DNA of 64,000 nt, taken from contig CAWETI010000003.1 of assembly GCA_963812015.1 (NCBI GenBank), positions 640,001 to 704,000 of the forward strand, read 5' to 3'. This DNA comes from an uncultured delta proteobacterium. GTDB taxonomy: Bacteria > Desulfobacterota > Desulfobaccia > Desulfobaccales > 0-14-0-80-60-11. Of this stretch, positions 19,409 to 28,524 are shown piece by piece (position 1 is the first letter of the stretch; each line of letters starts with the position of its first letter). Below the pieces are notes generated by a model, which worked only from the letters and a program-made list of their open reading frames with translations, did no database searches and was not told the origin of the DNA. Position numbers and translations under genes: made by a program.

Positions 19409-20581
19409 ATGGAAGAGTTAACCCAGGAACTGGCGGCATTGGAGGCACGGTCCCTCAGGCGGCGCCTCAGGGTGGTGGAGGAGGTGCTGCCCGGGGGCAA
19501 AGTCAGGTTGGCCGGGCAGGTCCTCCTGAATTTATCCTCCAACGATTACCTGGGCCTGGCCCAGGACCCCCGGATTATCACAGCGGCCCAGGCGGCGGCG
19601 GCCCGTTGGGGCGCGGGGGCCGGGGCCTCCCGCCTGGTGGTGGGGCACCTGGCCTTGCACGAGGCGGTGGAAGCCAAACTGGCCGATTTTAAAGGCACCG
19701 AGGCCGCGGTGATCTTTCCCACCGGTTACATGGCCAACGTGGGGACGATCTCCGCCCTCATGGGGCCGGGAGATGTGATTTTCAGCGACCGGCTCAACCA
19801 CGCCAGTATTTATGACGGCATCAAGCTGTCCGGGGCCGGCTTGCAGCGCTTTCCCCACCGGGACCTGAACCGGTTGGAGCAGCTGCTGCGTAAGGCCGGC
19901 AGCGCCCGGCGGCGCCTGATCGTCACCGATTCGGTGTTCTCCGTGGACGGCGACCTAGCCCCGCTCATGGACCTGGTGGCCTTAAAGGAGCGTTACGGGG
20001 CCTGGCTGATGTGTGACGAGGCCCACGCCACCGGGGTTCTGGGGGCCAAGGGGGCGGGACTGGCCGAAGCCCTGGGCCTGACCGGGAGGGTGGATATTCA
20101 CATGGGCACGTTTTCCAAGGCCCTGGGCTCCCAGGGGGGCTATGTGGCCGGGGACCGGCGCCTGGTGGATTACCTCCACAACCGGGCCCGGTCGTTCATT
20201 TATTCCACCGCCCTGGCGCCGCCGGTGCTGGGGGCGATTGACCGGGCTTTGGAGATTGTGGCCCAGGAACCGGAGCGCCGGCTTTTCCTGAGGCGGGAGT
20301 CCGAGGAGTTTCGCCAGGGTTTACAGGCGGCGGGGCTGGATATCCTCGGAAGTGAAACCCAGATCATTCCGGTGCTGGTGGGGGAAAACGACCGCACCCT
20401 GGAGTTTGCCGCCCTTCTCATGGGCCAGGGGCTCATGGCGGTGGCCTTGCGTCCTCCCACGGTGCCGCCGGGCCGGGCCCGGGTGCGATTTTCCCTGTCC
20501 GCGGCCCAGGCCCGGGAGGATCTGCACCGCGCCCGGGAGGCCATCGTGGCCACGGCCCGATCCATGGGGCTGGGGTCATGA
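19409..20581 (+). CDS. bioF: 8-amino-7-oxononanoate synthase
   Basis: SSNDYLGL, G.GASRLV.G, DRLNHASI.DG, DEAHATG, GTFSKALG, RPPTVP. Confidence 0.95.
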   Translation: MEELTQELAALEARSLRRRLRVVEEVLPGGKVRLAGQVLLNLSSNDYLGLAQDPRIITAAQAAAARWGAGAGASRLVVGHLALHEAVEAKLADFKGTEAAVIFPTGYMANVGTISALMGPGDVIFSDRLNHASIYDGIKLSGAGLQRFPHRDLNRLEQLLRKAGSARRRLIVTDSVFSVDGDLAPLMDLVALKERYGAWLMCDEAHATGVLGAKGAGLAEALGLTGRVDIHMGTFSKALGSQGGYVAGDRRLVDYLHNRARSFIYSTALAPPVLGAIDRALEIVAQEPERRLFLRRESEEFRQGLQAAGLDILGSETQIIPVLVGENDRTLEFAALLMGQGLMAVALRPPTVPPGRARVRFSLSAAQAREDLHRAREAIVATARSMGLGS

Positions 20582-21282
20582 CCAGCCTGGTGTTTTTCCA
20601 TGGCTGGGGAGCCTCGGGCCGGGTCTGGGAGCGGCAGAGGGAGTATTTCCAAGATCGGCTGACGATTTTGACGCCCAGCATCCCGGTCTGGGAAGTGGGC
20701 TGGTTTGCCGACTACCTGCGAGCTTTGCCGCTAGGGGAATGCGTGCTGGTGGGGTGGTCCCTGGGGGGCATGTTTCTCCTGGAAGCCCTGAGCCGCCTCC
20801 CGGCCCCGGCGCCCGGCGGGCTGGTCTTGGTGGGGGTGGCCCCGGTCTTTACCCGGCGTCCGGATTACCCCTTGGGGCAGTCTCCCGCCGTGGTCCGGGC
20901 CATGCGCCGGGGACTTCAGAAAAACCGGCAGCAGGTGCTGGATGAGTTTCTTGACCGGTGCCTGGCCCCGGGGGAAGGCGCCCTAACCTCCCCGGCCCGG
21001 GTGGCGTTTGCCTCAGCGGCTACCGCCGGCAACCTGGCGGCAGGCCTCGATTATTTGCTGGCGCACGACCTCCGGCCCCTGCTCCCTCGCCTGCCCGGAG
21101 GGGCAGTGATCATTCAGGGACAGGAGGACCGGGTCGTGCCTCCGGATCAGGGAAAGTTCCTTGCGGCCCAGCTGGCCGGGGCCAGGTTGAATCTTTTGCC
21201 GGGGGCCGGGCATCTGCCTTTTTTCACCCAGGCCGCGGCCTTTAACGGGATAGTAGAAGAATGCTTAACCACGGCGAGCTAA
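20578..21282 (+). CDS. bioH: Pimeloyl-ACP methyl ester carboxylesterase (alpha/beta hydrolase)
   Basis: HGWG, GWSLGG, G..D.VVP, AGH.PF; located between bioF and bioC. Confidence 0.8.
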   Translation: MTSLVFFHGWGASGRVWERQREYFQDRLTILTPSIPVWEVGWFADYLRALPLGECVLVGWSLGGMFLLEALSRLPAPAPGGLVLVGVAPVFTRRPDYPLGQSPAVVRAMRRGLQKNRQQVLDEFLDRCLAPGEGALTSPARVAFASAATAGNLAAGLDYLLAHDLRPLLPRLPGGAVIIQGQEDRVVPPDQGKFLAAQLAGARLNLLPGAGHLPFFTQAAAFNGIVEECLTTAS

Positions 21283-22121
21283 AGATACCCCCCGAGTTAG
21301 GGCCGGCACCCTACCCGGGAGACGGTAGGGAAGTCAAGCAAGGGATCAGACGCAATTTTGCCCGGCGGGCCAACTCCTATGACCGGCATGCCTGTATCCA
21401 ACGCCTCATGGCCCAAGGATTGATGGCGAGGGTGGAGGACTGGCCGGCCCGGGCCCAACGCATCCTGGAGATCGGCTGCGGCACCGGCTATCTCACCCGA
21501 CTCCTCCGGCAGGCCAACGGGGCGGCTCGACTGGTGGCTCTCGACCTGGATGCCGCCCTGGTGGAGACGGCTCGCCGCCGCCTGGGGCCGGATGCGCGGG
21601 TTTCATGGCTGGTGGCGGACGGAGAGACTCCGATCCGGGGCGAGTATGACCTGATCATGGCCAACGCCACCTTCCAGTGGTTCACCCGCCCCGGGGAAAC
21701 TCTGGCTGCTTACTACCAAAACCTCGCTCCCGGGGGAGTCCTGGCTTTTTCCACCCTGGGGCCCCGGACTTTTCGCGAGCTGGCCGGCGCCCTGGCCCAG
21801 GCCGCCCGGAGTCTCGAACTGCCGTCGGCTCCACCGATCCCCGCCCAGGGGTTTGGCGACCGGGAGACCTGGTCCAACCGCCTGTATCGGGCCGGATTCC
21901 GCCAGGCCCGGCTGACCCGGGAAATGCTCACCACCACCTGCCCGTCGGTGCCGGAGTTTCTCAAAGCCCTCCAGGCCACGGGCGCCACCAATCCCCGGCC
22001 CGGCCCCTTTTCCCGGCGCCTTTTGACTGGGCTCATCACAGCCTACCAGAACGGCTACGGGATAAACGGCGCCATTCCGGTAAGCTATGAAATAATCTGG
22101 GCCGTGGCCGAAAAATCCTGA
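21261..22121 (+). CDS. bioC: Malonyl-ACP O-methyltransferase
   Basis: F.R.A.SYD.HA..Q, ILEIGCGTG, NATFQW, FST.GP.TF.EL. Confidence 0.88.
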   Translation: MLNHGELKIPPELGPAPYPGDGREVKQGIRRNFARRANSYDRHACIQRLMAQGLMARVEDWPARAQRILEIGCGTGYLTRLLRQANGAARLVALDLDAALVETARRRLGPDARVSWLVADGETPIRGEYDLIMANATFQWFTRPGETLAAYYQNLAPGGVLAFSTLGPRTFRELAGALAQAARSLELPSAPPIPAQGFGDRETWSNRLYRAGFRQARLTREMLTTTCPSVPEFLKALQATGATNPRPGPFSRRLLTGLITAYQNGYGINGAIPVSYEIIWAVAEKS

Positions 22122-22286
22122 AAGCAGATTTTGAGGGGAGGACCGGGGAAATAGTTTATAAGGGATTCATCCGCCCTCCCCTCAGGCTCCCCTCCCATCA
22201 CCCGGTATGGGGTTGGGGGTGGGAGTCTGAGGGAGTTTTTTATAAGCGCAGGGGCTTGCGCCCCTGGCTCCCTTCCTCAACAATTC

Positions 22287-22817
22287 TTACAGCGGCTGGA
22301 CCCAGATGGCCTGGGGGCCCTGGTCCCCGGCCTCCTGGGTGAATTTCACCGGCGTGCCCGGCGTCAGGTGGCTGAACTTGCCTTTCTTGACCGCGTGGGC
22401 GTGGAAGTAGACCTCCAGGCCCTCGTCGCTTTCGATAAAGCCGTAGTCGTCATCCAGGAAAAGACGCACCACCCTCCCCCGTTGGGCAACTTCTTCGTGG
22501 GTTTTGATTTGCTGTTGGGCAACCTGTAAGTGCTCGGCCAAGCGGCGGTCCAGGACGTCAAAAGCCTCCACCACCAGGGACATGACCATTTCGCCCTGCC
22601 GCATTATGGTGATGGTGTCTCCGGGGATGGAGATCACCAGGTGGGCCTCGAAGGCCCCGAGCCGGTGGTGGGCCGTGCCGATGATTTCCACCCGGGCGTG
22701 GAGGATGGGATCGTGATAGTGCTTCTGCATGCGGGCCAGTTCTTCCTCAATCTTCTCCCGCCACTCGGGCAGGATTTCCAGATTACGGCCTTCAATATGA
22801 ACATCCTGGGGCAGCAT
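22287..22817 (-). CDS. HPF/RaiA ribosome-associated domain fused to cold-shock domain
   Basis: N-terminal HPF-like region (I.GRN.E...HARVE...AFD.L.R.L); C-terminal YGFI....G.EVYFH...V, GPQA. Confidence 0.85.
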   Translation of the reverse strand: MLPQDVHIEGRNLEILPEWREKIEEELARMQKHYHDPILHARVEIIGTAHHRLGAFEAHLVISIPGDTITIMRQGEMVMSLVVEAFDVLDRRLAEHLQVAQQQIKTHEEVAQRGRVVRLFLDDDYGFIESDEGLEVYFHAHAVKKGKFSHLTPGTPVKFTQEAGDQGPQAIWVQPL

Positions 22818-22948
22818 CGAGCACCTCCTGGGGAATACACAACTCATTAACTATTAAGAGTTGCAACTGTGCTTGTCAATCGACGTCCGCTTATCAGGAC
22901 GGGTGGCGGGGTCAGGGTGTCGAGGGGGTGGAGGGGAGATGTCTGGGG

Positions 22949-23824
22949 TTACTGGGTGCCGATGAAGAACGGACGGAAGGCGGACTCGTCCCGGGCCAGG
23001 GCCCGGCGCAATGCCTCGAGCATGGCGTTCCGGTCCTCGGGCAAATGGCCGGTGACCTCGAGGTAGTTGGTGTAATGGTCGCTGGCCACCAGGGTGGGGG
23101 CGGTGATTTGCTCCAGGATGGCCAGGGTTTCCGTGAGCACCTGATGGGGGCTGAGCATCTTAAACCGCCCGGCCTCCACGTCCGCCAGCAACGGGGTTCC
23201 GACCTTGGGGACAAAGGTCCTGAGGCGCACCACGGTCGGCTCCATCTCGCTGATGACCCGGGCGGTCTGACGGGCGTGCGCCTCGGAGCGGTCCTGGCCG
23301 CCGATGCCCAGGATGACGTAAGCGTTGATTTCAATCCCCGCGGCCCGGGCCAGTCGTCCTGCATTGATGTGGTCCCGGGCGGTGGCGCCCTTTTTGATCC
23401 GGGTCAGGATGACGTCATCCCCGCTTTCCACCCCCGCATGAATCCGCCCCAACCCGGCCTGGGCCAGGTCTTTTAGCTGGTCCGGACCTTTGCGGTGGAT
23501 ATAGTGGGACGAACCGTAGACGGTGATCCTCTCAAGGCAGGGAAAGCGGGCGTAGCCGTAACGGCAAATCTCGGCCAAGGCCGCGGTTGGCATGGCGATG
23601 GTGTTGCCCGCCGGGAAAAACAGGGTCCGCACCCGGGAGCCATAAGCTGCCGCAGCCTCATCCAGGTCGGCCTTAATCTCCGCCACCGGCCTCACCTTGA
23701 ACCTGATGCCGCTCTTGTAGACCATGCAGAAGGTGCAGAGGTTGTGGGGGCAGCCCACGGTGGCCTGGACGAGGAGACTGTCGGCTTCACTGGGGGGCCG
23801 GTAAATGGGGCCGTCGTATCGCAT
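22949..23824 (-). CDS. Radical SAM protein of unknown substrate
   Basis: Y.GPIYRPPSEA.SLL.Q.TVGCPHN.CTFC.VY (CxxxCxxC), G.ESG.D, SDH..NY. Confidence 0.88.
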   Translation of the reverse strand: MRYDGPIYRPPSEADSLLVQATVGCPHNLCTFCMVYKSGIRFKVRPVAEIKADLDEAAAAYGSRVRTLFFPAGNTIAMPTAALAEICRYGYARFPCLERITVYGSSHYIHRKGPDQLKDLAQAGLGRIHAGVESGDDVILTRIKKGATARDHINAGRLARAAGIEINAYVILGIGGQDRSEAHARQTARVISEMEPTVVRLRTFVPKVGTPLLADVEAGRFKMLSPHQVLTETLAILEQITAPTLVASDHYTNYLEVTGHLPEDRNAMLEALRRALARDESAFRPFFIGTQ

Positions 23825-23999
23825 GGGGTGTGCCGATGAGAGGCATAAAAAGTTATTAGCATTTATTATAACACATCCGGGACCTGCGGCTTACCCCCGG
23901 CCAGGCGCGGGTATGGCCCGGCCCTGATTATGTGCTGGGCAGCCCCGGGGATTAATGGTAATATGTCGATGTCTAAACCAACTTAGGTGTAAGCAATCC

Positions 24000-25283
24000 G
24001 TGGGAGTCAGGCACGAATCCATCATCTGTCCCGGCTGCGGTTGTCTCTGCGATGACCTGGATGTCACTCTATCGGGGGATAAGATCGTTGAGGTCACCAA
24101 CGTCTGCCTCTGGGGCGTAAGCCGCTTTTTCCACGCCAAGAAATTTCATCCCAAAAAAGAGCGTCATCGGCTGCTGACGCCCCTGGTGCGTCATCAAGGG
24201 CGGCGGGAGACGGTGCCGTACGAAACGGCTTTGGCTGCGGCGGCCCAACTGTTGAGCCGGGCCCGCCGGCCGCTCGTCTATGGGCTGACGAATTCCGGCT
24301 GCTTCGCCCAGGCGGCGGCCCTGAAGCTGGCCCGGAGCTTACGGGCCCGGCTGGAACCGGCGGACCTGGCCTTCAAGGCCCCCTATTACCAGAGCGTGCA
24401 ACAACATGGCCTCGCCTGGGCTCCCCTGGAGGTCATCCGGGATGAGGCCGACGCGGTGCTGTTCTGGGGCGCCAATCCCATTCACTCCGCCCCCCGGCAG
24501 GTGGTGCGCTATGCCGTCTTTGCCCGGGGCCGGTACACCGAACGGGGGATAGAAGACCGGCAGGTGGCGGCCGTGGACATCTATAAGACTGAGCTGGCCA
24601 AATTCTGCCCCCTATTCATCAAGGTCCAGCCCGGGCAGGAACTTGACCTGCTTCTGGGAGCCGCCACCATCCTGGCCGGAGAGCCGCCGCCCGAACCCCG
24701 GGTCCGGGGAACCGTGCGGCTGGCCCAATTCCTGGCCAAAGCCACCTGGGGGGTCATCTTTTGCGGCCGGGGGGTCAGTTACGGCCCGGCCCTGGAACTG
24801 TTTGACCGGCTGGCCCGCCTGGTGGGATTCCTGAATCGAGACAAGCCGTTTTTCCTGTTTCCCCTGTCCGGGGACTTCAACTCCAGCGGGCTATACCACC
24901 TGCTGCTCAATGAACTGGGCCAGGCCGGGGCGCCGGATTTCGGGGCGGCGGAGGTGGCGACCCACTACACCCCGGTGGATTTCCGGGAGGTGGACGCGGT
25001 GCTGGTGGCCGGGGCGGATCTCTTGTGGTTCTTGCCGGAGGAGGTGGCGGCGGACCTGAAGCGCCGCCGGGTGCCCATCGTGGCCTTGAGTCCGTTCGCC
25101 AACCGGACCACGGGCCAGGCGGCGGTCATTTTCCCCACGGCCCTGACCGGCATCGAGGCCGAAGAGGTGGCCTACCGGATGGATGGCTTACCCCTGGTCC
25201 TAAAACAGCTGATGCCTTCGGCGCTGCCTCCGGACCATCAGGTGCTGACGGATTTGCACCGGTTGATTGGGGTGCAGGATTGA
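24000..25283 (+). CDS. fwdB: Formylmethanofuran dehydrogenase subunit B-like protein (Mo/W ligand apparently lost)
   Basis: CPGCGCLCDDL...C [4Fe-4S] motif, RPLVYG, ADAVLFWGANP.HS.PR...RY..F.RG.Y.ERG.EDR..VD; start GTG 24000 uncertain (ATG 23955 alternative). Confidence 0.8.
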   Translation: MGVRHESIICPGCGCLCDDLDVTLSGDKIVEVTNVCLWGVSRFFHAKKFHPKKERHRLLTPLVRHQGRRETVPYETALAAAAQLLSRARRPLVYGLTNSGCFAQAAALKLARSLRARLEPADLAFKAPYYQSVQQHGLAWAPLEVIRDEADAVLFWGANPIHSAPRQVVRYAVFARGRYTERGIEDRQVAAVDIYKTELAKFCPLFIKVQPGQELDLLLGAATILAGEPPPEPRVRGTVRLAQFLAKATWGVIFCGRGVSYGPALELFDRLARLVGFLNRDKPFFLFPLSGDFNSSGLYHLLLNELGQAGAPDFGAAEVATHYTPVDFREVDAVLVAGADLLWFLPEEVAADLKRRRVPIVALSPFANRTTGQAAVIFPTALTGIEAEEVAYRMDGLPLVLKQLMPSALPPDHQVLTDLHRLIGVQD

Positions 25284-25303
25284 GGCTGACGGGGGTTACT
25301 TAT

Positions 25304-25432
25304 AAGCTATTTCAAAACCGGTTTATTGTGTCACCCTGGGCGGCAGCGAATGGCCTAGGTTATTGGAAAGGATGGATTCTTCGCTTCGCTCAGCATGACA
25401 AACTGGTGTAAAAAGAGGTTTTGAAATAGGTT
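25304..25432. mobile_element. MITE family B with internal GTCAY.CTGAGCG-type hairpin pair
   Basis: TIR AAGCTATTTCAAAACC / GGTTTTGAAATAGGTT (15 of 16 match); second copy at 59365-59492. Confidence 0.7.
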
Positions 25433-25538
25433 CTAGTGATCAGAGGACGTGCCGGCAGGCCTGAAATGGCGGTCACGGGCCGCCCCAGGGGTTGTCCATC
25501 AATTACTTGTCCCACACTGGCAGGTTGGAGCGTGCGCC

Positions 25539-26912
25539 ATGCGCCTGAAGATTGCCGGAGGTCGCCTTTATGATCCATCCTGTGGCTGGGACGGGGAGAC
25601 CGGCGACCTCTACATCCGGGACGGGTATATGGTGGCGCCGCTCTCCGAGGTGGACCGGGAGATCGAGGCCCGGGGTCAGGTGGTGGCCCCGGCGGGGATC
25701 GAGCTCCGGGGTCAGGTGGCCACCTATGGCCTGGACTTCCTGCGCCTGACCCTGGGGGCGCCCTCTCTTCAGGAATTGGGGGAGAGCTATGCCCTCCTGG
25801 GCTACACTCATGTGCACGAGCCGTTTTTGACGGCCTGGACCGCGGGCTACGTCCAGCGCCAGTTGGTGGGCCTGCCCGTGGTGGACACCTCCGCCTCCCT
25901 GGTGATCAACCTGAGGGATTTTGACCAGTGGCTGCGGTCCCCGGAGCACCTTCAGGAGGTGGGGCAAACCCTGTTGTATCTGCTGGACGAGACCCGCGCC
26001 CTCAATTTCCGGGTGGTGGAGCCTTTTGTGCGCTACCGGCAGGATTTTTACGCCCACCGCACCATCGAACCGGAGCAGGCCCTGGAAATATTGGCCGACC
26101 TGGCCCGGAGGACCGGGTTGCCCCTGTCCCTGGAAGCCTCCCCCGAGGTGCTGCGGGCCCGCCTGCCGGAGCCCGCCGCCTTCCATCTGGCCGCTCTGGG
26201 CCCGGCGCTCACGGACGATGCCCTGGTGGAGGCCGCCCTGGCCCACCTGGAGGCGGGGGCCACGGGAGACCTGGGGCTTATGCGCCCCGGACCTCAGACC
26301 GGACAAACCCACCCCCCGGTCCGGATAGACCTGGGGTGGTTTCGCCCCCTGGACCTCAACCCGCCGGTGGATGAGGCCGCGGCCCGGCGGGCGTTGGCCC
26401 TGGCCCTGTGCTGCCAGGGCTCCCAGGTGGCTTTTTCCGGGGCCGGTCCGGCCCTGGCGCCGGTGACCGAATACCCCCGGCTGTTCTCCTGGCTGTGGGA
26501 CCACGCGGCCCGCCGGCAGGATTGGCAGGATGACCTGGGGGCGCGGCACTATTCGCTGTCGGAGTGGGTCTGGGCCACCCGCACCCTGCCCGCCCGGCTG
26601 CTGGGCCTTGAGGATCGGGGGCGGTTGAGCATAGGCGCCCGGGCCGATGTGGCCATCTATGACATGCCGACGTATGCCCCTCCCGGTCAGTGGCGCCAAT
26701 ACCTGGGCCGCTGCCGTACCCTGCTCAAGGCGGGGGAAGTCGTGGTGGACAACTTTCGGTTGGTGAACCCGGAGGTTTCCCGGGCGATCTATTATCGCCG
26801 CACCGGCGCCGAGTCCACCCCGATGCTGGCGGAAATCTGCCAGTTCCAGAGTTTCCGCTGGGAAAACCTCTGGGTCCCGGAAGCCCTGGGCGGACCCTGG
26901 GTGGGGATTTAG
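25539..26912 (+). CDS. fwdA: Formylmethanofuran dehydrogenase subunit A-like amidohydrolase (metal ligands apparently lost)
   Basis: I.GGR.YDP..G.DGE..DLYI.DG, YA.LGYT, YPRL.SWL, YSL.E....TR..PA..LGL.DRG.L..GA.ADVAIYD; ATG 25539 after GGAG. Confidence 0.8.
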   Translation: MRLKIAGGRLYDPSCGWDGETGDLYIRDGYMVAPLSEVDREIEARGQVVAPAGIELRGQVATYGLDFLRLTLGAPSLQELGESYALLGYTHVHEPFLTAWTAGYVQRQLVGLPVVDTSASLVINLRDFDQWLRSPEHLQEVGQTLLYLLDETRALNFRVVEPFVRYRQDFYAHRTIEPEQALEILADLARRTGLPLSLEASPEVLRARLPEPAAFHLAALGPALTDDALVEAALAHLEAGATGDLGLMRPGPQTGQTHPPVRIDLGWFRPLDLNPPVDEAAARRALALALCCQGSQVAFSGAGPALAPVTEYPRLFSWLWDHAARRQDWQDDLGARHYSLSEWVWATRTLPARLLGLEDRGRLSIGARADVAIYDMPTYAPPGQWRQYLGRCRTLLKAGEVVVDNFRLVNPEVSRAIYYRRTGAESTPMLAEICQFQSFRWENLWVPEALGGPWVGI

Positions 26913-27067
26913 GTAATGGCCCCTGAACTGAATGCTCAATATTATGGCCCGGTTTTATGAAAGCGGGTTTACAGTCCCCCTTTGAAAAGGGGGGTTAAAG
27001 CCGTTCGGTCGATGGGTCTTTCCCTTAGAGAGAAAGTCTTATAATTTTCGGAATGTAACCAGAGAGT

Positions 27068-27517
27068 ATGGCCACCGCGGAAGAGATTTTGGAATTTTTG
27101 CCCGGCACCGATTGCCGGCAGTGCGGCTTGAGCTGCGCCGAGTTTGCCGGATTTCTCCTGGCCCGGGAACTGCCGCCGGAGGATTGCCCGGTCCTCCACG
27201 AGCCTGATTATGCCGGGTTCATCGAGGCCCTGCACGAACTCCTGGGGCCGGTGGTTGCGGCCCCGGGGATGCGTATCGACCTGGAAAAGTGCAACGGCTG
27301 CGGTATCTGCGTGGCCATGTGCGAATTCCATCTGGGGAACTGCGACGCGGCCCGTCTGGGCAAGGGCCCCCGGCCCCAGGACCGGGTGGTCTTTCACATG
27401 ATCAATGGCACTGCGGTGGTGGTCCACCAGGAATTTTGCACCCGGATGGTCCAGGCGGCGGAGAAGTGCAGCAAGTGTGCGGAGTATTGCCCCACCGAGG
27501 CCATTGAGTTGTTTTGA
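27068..27517 (+). CDS. fwdG: FwdG-like ferredoxin with an N-terminal FeS (RnfB/AcsC-type) domain
   Basis: LPG.DC.QCG.SC..FA...CP domain, then C.GCG.CV..C, GKGP motif, C..C...CP..AI.L. Confidence 0.65.
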   Translation: MATAEEILEFLPGTDCRQCGLSCAEFAGFLLARELPPEDCPVLHEPDYAGFIEALHELLGPVVAAPGMRIDLEKCNGCGICVAMCEFHLGNCDAARLGKGPRPQDRVVFHMINGTAVVVHQEFCTRMVQAAEKCSKCAEYCPTEAIELF

Positions 27518-27852
27518 TCAGCAGTCAGCGGTTAGCAGTTAGTAATCTTATTGAACTGATAAAATTATCGGCATGAATATTTCTCATAATTTTCTTTTAA
27601 TGGCTAATAAATAGTAGCCAATGTAGCGTTTCATAATTAGATGCACATAAATGCAGGCTGGGAGCACCGGACTTGGCAGGTTAAGTCCCCCTTTGAAAAA
27701 GGTGGATTTAAGGGGATTTCAAGCTCTTATAAAAATCCCCCCTGCCCCCCCTTTAGTAAAGGGGGGTAAAAAAAACAGGTTTTCCCGTGTCACCTTAATT
27801 ATGAAACACACCACTATTAGCTAGTGGATATTAGCTAACTGCTAACTGCTGA
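27518..27852. repeat. Nested repeat region: inverted heptamer arrays, a TIR pair and CCCCCTTT..AAAGGGGG hairpins
   Basis: TCAGCAG/TTAGCAG array 27518-27543 facing CTAACTG/CTGCTGA 27833-27852; GTTTCATAATTA (27628-27639)/TAATTATGAAAC (27796-27807); hairpins 27683-27767. Confidence 0.65.
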
Positions 27853-27861
27853 AGGCCTTTT

Positions 27862-28329
27862 ATGACCGACACCGTAAACCTTCAGGAACTGGACCCCCAG
27901 TTTAAAGACGAAGTGGCCGCCGAGCCCGGATGTCAGCATCTTTTGCGGTGCTTTGCCTGCGGGGTTTGCACCGCCACCTGCCCGGTGAGCGAACTTACCC
28001 CCGGCTTCAGCCCCAGCCAGATCATTCGCCAGATTCTCTACGGTCAACGGGCGGCCCTGCTGGGTTCTCCGGCCCTGTGGCACTGCGCCCGCTGCGCCCG
28101 GTGCTCCTTTCAGTGCCCCCAGGATGTGCGTTTTCTGGATATCATCCAGGGTTTGAGGAATCTGGCCCTGCGGGACGACTTCATCACCCCGGCCCGGGTG
28201 GCCCGATTGGAGCGGGGAGAGCGGCTGATCCAGGAACTCCGGCGACGCCTCATCGGTGAGATCCTGTCCGGCCCCGAAGAGCAGGAGGTCAACGACGCCC
28301 TGGCCCGGCTGGCCGATAAACTGGATTAA
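27862..28329 (+). CDS. hdrC: Heterodisulfide reductase subunit C-like 2[4Fe-4S] protein
   Basis: L.RCFACGVCTATCPV, P.QIIR.I..G, W.CARCARCSFQCPQDV. Confidence 0.85.
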   Translation: MTDTVNLQELDPQFKDEVAAEPGCQHLLRCFACGVCTATCPVSELTPGFSPSQIIRQILYGQRAALLGSPALWHCARCARCSFQCPQDVRFLDIIQGLRNLALRDDFITPARVARLERGERLIQELRRRLIGEILSGPEEQEVNDALARLADKLD

Positions 28330-28524
28330 GGAAGTCTCATTACTCAGAGCAAAAAACAAGTTACCTTAACCCCCACCCCAGCCCTCCCCCCTCAAGGGAA
28401 GGGGGCAAGAGGAAGGAACTTCTGTTAATGCCCTGATGGATTGCTTTGGGGGCCCGAAGGCTGAGGCCGGGGCAGGGGCGTCCCGCCGGGTCGCCTCTAC
28501 TCTGCGATTTGTCCAAAGGAGCGC

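Noticed and set aside
19255..22265. C-rich/G-rich intergenic hairpins (19255-19326, 22133-22235, also ~6037-6120 and ~28370-28405) as ncRNAs
   Set aside because: They look like further degenerate dispersed repeats; too divergent to define boundaries or function by eye.
25281..25290. Sec readthrough of the fwdB UGA stop (also considered for fwdG)
   Set aside because: The stops fall at the natural C-termini, and fwdB has a second UGA two codons later.
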